A DNA stretch of 64,000 nucleotides from Tubulanus polymorphus (taxonomy: Eukaryota > Animalia > Nemertea), in the NCBI RefSeq assembly GCF_964204645.1, contig NC_134028.1:10106001-10170000 (forward strand). The letters are read 5' to 3'. A model generated the notes under the pieces. The model did no database searches, had not been told where the DNA came from, and was given only the letters and a program-made list of their open reading frames with translations. The position numbers and the translations under genes were made by a program. Positions 61,106 to 64,000 of this stretch are shown here, in pieces (within the stretch, counting starts at the first letter, position 1; each line of letters opens with the position of its first letter).

Positions 61106-61540
61106 TTAATAATTTATTAATTCTTTTAATAATTTATCTTGTTCTTCAACTGTTATATGGCCATTTAAACTTATTATATAATCTAGTGTGTTCTTTAATT
61201 TATTAATTTCTTTTATATTAGTTTTAATTTTTTCTTTATTACTTTTTATATTTAATTTTGAACTTATACCGGTTAAAACACTTGAACTTAATCCTAACAC
61301 ACCAATTGATATAGCTAAAGGTGTTAATGGGCTGAATATTGCTAAAAATGTTATTACAGAACTAATTGTAACCGAACCACTTATAATCAAATAATATATA
61401 ATTTTACTTTTTAAATATTTTTTCTTTTTTATCTTTAAGTCACTTTCAAATTCTTATATTTGTTTTTCTAAATATATTTTTAATTTAGTTTTATTTATAT
61501 CATGAGGAATGATATCAATACTATCAACTTTATCTTCCAT
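61106..61540 (-). pseudogene. Two-TM coiled-coil protein with an in-frame stop
   Basis: Homolog of 998..1432; EKQI*EF. Confidence 0.8.
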
Positions 61541-61559
61541 TTATTTAGAAAAAAAATTA

Positions 61560-61982
61560 CTAATTAGTAAATTTATATGCTACAAATATAACAATAACAG
61601 TTCCACCTAAAATCCATATTATTTCATATTTCTGTTGTTCTTTACTTGGGGTATAATAATCTGATAATTTAGGTTTGTATAGATGTAATTTTTCTTTATT
61701 GGTTACTGCGTTATATAAACTCATTGCATCATCAACTGATTGAAAATCTCTATGTGAAATCTTCTGATCATATAATTCTTTATTGATGTAATCCATATAG
61801 TTTTATCTCTTTTCTCTATATTCTTCTGCAGCTTTATTGTATTTCTCTAACGCTAAGTTATGTCTTCTTTGTTCTCCTAATGAACTATTTTTATCAATAT
61901 GTTTAAATAAATAACCACCACCAGTAAATGCTAAAGCGTTAACAATTGCCGATCCTATAATTGTTATAATTGCAGAAGCCAT
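61560..61982 (-). pseudogene. 140-aa membrane protein, disrupted near 61805
   Basis: Homolog of 555..977; ATG 61982, reading broken just before MDYINK. Confidence 0.8.
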
Positions 61983-62007
61983 TTATTAAGTAAAAGAAAT
62001 TATGCAT

Positions 62008-62229
62008 TTATATGGGAGGAATATATTTTTGTTTTTCCAAATAATCAATAGTTAAATTAGATAAAGTAACTGCTAACGTTAATTTTAAAATATCATTTAT
62101 ATCAAATCTATCAACATTAACACTTCCCATTTTGAATACTTTTTTTAATACCATTGAATAACCAACAGTTCCAACTGATAGTAATGCTCCATTATATAAT
62201 CCAGTTATTATCCACTTATTATCACTCAT
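62008..62229 (-). CDS. Small hydrophobic protein (73 aa)
   Basis: Homolog of 309..530. Confidence 0.75.
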   Translation of the reverse strand: MSDNKWIITGLYNGALLSVGTVGYSMVLKKVFKMGSVNVDRFDINDILKLTLAVTLSNLTIDYLEKQKYIPPI

Positions 62230-62232
62230 TTA

Positions 62233-62586
62233 TTAATCAAAAAAATTACTATCTTCAAAATATTTAGTTATCTTAGTGATGATTAATTCAACAGTTATTT
62301 TATTACTAGTTTCATTTGTATATATTTCAATTATTATTTTTCTAATATCATCAATGATAAAATCTTCATCTAATTCATAAAATCTTAAAGATTCTCTAAT
62401 TAAATTAGTAATCTTTTCTACATTTAAAGTTTCTTTATCTATTGTTGTTTTATACTCAAATGTTGTTTCATTAGAAAATGCAATATTTTTAATATGTGTA
62501 ATTACATCATTAATGTTAAATCTCATTTCTTTCTCACGTTTAACATCAAATCCAAAACATACACTCGGTCCAACAGTTATATTCAT
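62233..62586 (-). CDS. Polinton hypothetical protein (117 aa)
   Basis: Intact; homolog of 12..308. Confidence 0.75.
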   Translation of the reverse strand: MNITVGPSVCFGFDVKREKEMRFNINDVITHIKNIAFSNETTFEYKTTIDKETLNVEKITNLIRESLRFYELDEDFIIDDIRKIIIEIYTNETSNKITVELIITKITKYFEDSNFFD

Positions 62587-62602
62587 TTATATAGTGAAAA
62601 AA

Positions 62603-63361
62603 TTACTCTTTACATCTTATAACTAATTCATAAATTACAGGAAAGTTATTCAAATCAATTAAATAACCATTATGATTTCTTATTTCTAATTTAAAATTAT
62701 TGAAATGTGGAATACAAGGTTTGAAATCACATTCAGTTAAATTATAATTTATTTGAGTTCCAAATTGTTTGACATTTTTTAATGGTAAAATATTTAATAA
62801 ACCAGAATTACAAATTGTATCTTTAGTTGCTTCAAATGTTTTTGTTGGGTCAATCAAATTGCAATAAATATAAAAGTGTGTAAAAGGTATTAAGTTTGAT
62901 CTACCTTCTGCGTGTGCTGTAACAATATTTGGGTTAATTCCTAACAGTTTAGCTAAAGGTTTTCTTACTGTAAATTTAAATTGTTCGTTATTATCTAACC
63001 TAATCTTTATTTTATTAGAACTATCACTTTTTAAAATTCTAATATTAAATTTAGAATCACTTCCTAATTTAGCTCGAGCTTTTCTATTAATTTCTTGTGC
63101 TAATGTATCTAAATTATATAATCCTGGTTTTAAATATATAAAATACCATTCATTCATTTTTTTGTAAAAGATTGAAAAAATTAAATTTTCTAGACTTTTA
63201 TCCGATATATTGTAAAATGAGTTACATAAACTTATATTTACTAATTTTAAATCAACACAATTCTTAAATTCTCTATCTAATTGTACTAGTAAATTATGTG
63301 ATTTATAATTTGTAAGTTTTCTAGAATCTACAAATATTCTGTATTCTTTTAATTCTACCAT
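62603..63361 (-). CDS. Minor capsid (penton, single jelly-roll) protein
   Basis: N-terminal IFVDSR, PGLYN, LLG, FYIYCNLI and C-terminal LEIRNHNGYLIDLN pattern typical of Polinton/NCLDV pentons. Confidence 0.75.
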   Translation of the reverse strand: MVELKEYRIFVDSRKLTNYKSHNLLVQLDREFKNCVDLKLVNISLCNSFYNISDKSLENLIFSIFYKKMNEWYFIYLKPGLYNLDTLAQEINRKARAKLGSDSKFNIRILKSDSSNKIKIRLDNNEQFKFTVRKPLAKLLGINPNIVTAHAEGRSNLIPFTHFYIYCNLIDPTKTFEATKDTICNSGLLNILPLKNVKQFGTQINYNLTECDFKPCIPHFNNFKLEIRNHNGYLIDLNNFPVIYELVIRCKE

Positions 63362-63429
63362 TATTTATAACATAAAAAAATTACCAATCATCACTAAAAA
63401 TTAATTTTAATAAAATTTTTCCTAAATCA

Positions 63430-64000
63430 ATGGATGAGAAGATAGCATGCGAAATTTGTGGTGAACTTCTAAGAAAAAGTAATATGGCTCGACATATGAA
63501 AAAACATGATTAAAATTATAAACCCCCCAAAAATAAACTGCCCAAAATGTAATAAATTATTCTAAAGAAATTATGTTAAAAAACATTCAGAGAAGTGTAG
63601 AATTAATGACGCAACGGCTAATGTTGATAGTAATGAAAGTAATAGTAATTCTGCCGAAGTTGAACCTGAAGTTATTTGGAAAAGACCTTTCTTATTCTAT
63701 GATAAGGATAATATAAAAGATCATTTCTGTGAGCCTTGTCGAATAAAATATAACGCTGAAAATATAGAAGATTGGGAGAATCATCAATTTCGTAAAGTAC
63801 ATATAGATGAAATTTCTAATAAATTTGAAACTGAATTTAATGAAAGAAAAAATAATTTATTAGAAAAAATAAAATATGAGAAAACGTTACCAGATCATAA
63901 AGAAACAGTTGAAAAGTTAGAAAAACAATAAAATGAATTAACAAGAAAAACATATTATTGTAAATATTGTAAATTGATTATTACAACAAGTAATTCAAAT
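63430..64000 (+). pseudogene. Multi-C2H2-finger ORF with stops; possibly the start of the copy C pPolB
   Basis: CEIC..RHMKKH, CEPC..H....H, YCKYC; the copy B pPolB also begins with such fingers. Confidence 0.5.

Larger units (their letters stand above)
54500..64000 (-). mobile_element. Polinton/Maverick-like endogenous virus, copy C (left boundary uncertain, continues past the window end)
   Basis: Minor and major capsid, integrase, ATPase and the same small genes as copies A and B, mostly on the minus strand; no TIR seen. Confidence 0.9.

Noticed and set aside
1-64000. Prokaryotic or free viral contig
   Set aside because: BEL/Pao and Penelope elements, microsatellites and TSD-bounded integration show an animal chromosome; no rRNA or tRNA genes seen (PBS matches are primer sites only).

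Overview
Eukaryotic (probably marine invertebrate) repeat-dense window with no confidently identifiable host gene. It holds three copies of one very AT-rich Polinton/Maverick-like endogenous virus family. Copy A (1..~4972) is a fragment. Copy B (20523..36984) is a terminally complete 16.5 kb element with ~0.57 kb TIRs and a 6-bp TSD CACCTA. Copy C (~54500..64000) runs off the window. There is also an orphan terminal repeat ending at 9550. Copy B sits inside a BEL/Pao LTR retrotransposon (17604..52758) that carries a second BEL element (40251..52167), which carries a third, intact BEL element with identical LTRs (44932..51005). A Penelope-like RT relic lies at ~10775..12358. The most striking signals: (1) about 26 of 31 visible Polinton gene starts are exactly TAAATG, usually after a T-run, which is the poxvirus late-promoter initiator; (2) each TIR of copy B is itself a ~400-bp fold-back with a GC-rich tip; (3) the virion module is unusually rich in membrane proteins and includes one gene with a swapped N-terminal region. 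Together these suggest (inference) an integrated, virophage-like satellite of a cytoplasmic poxvirus-like helper in an animal genome. All calls are by-eye motif recognition; no searches or alignments were run.
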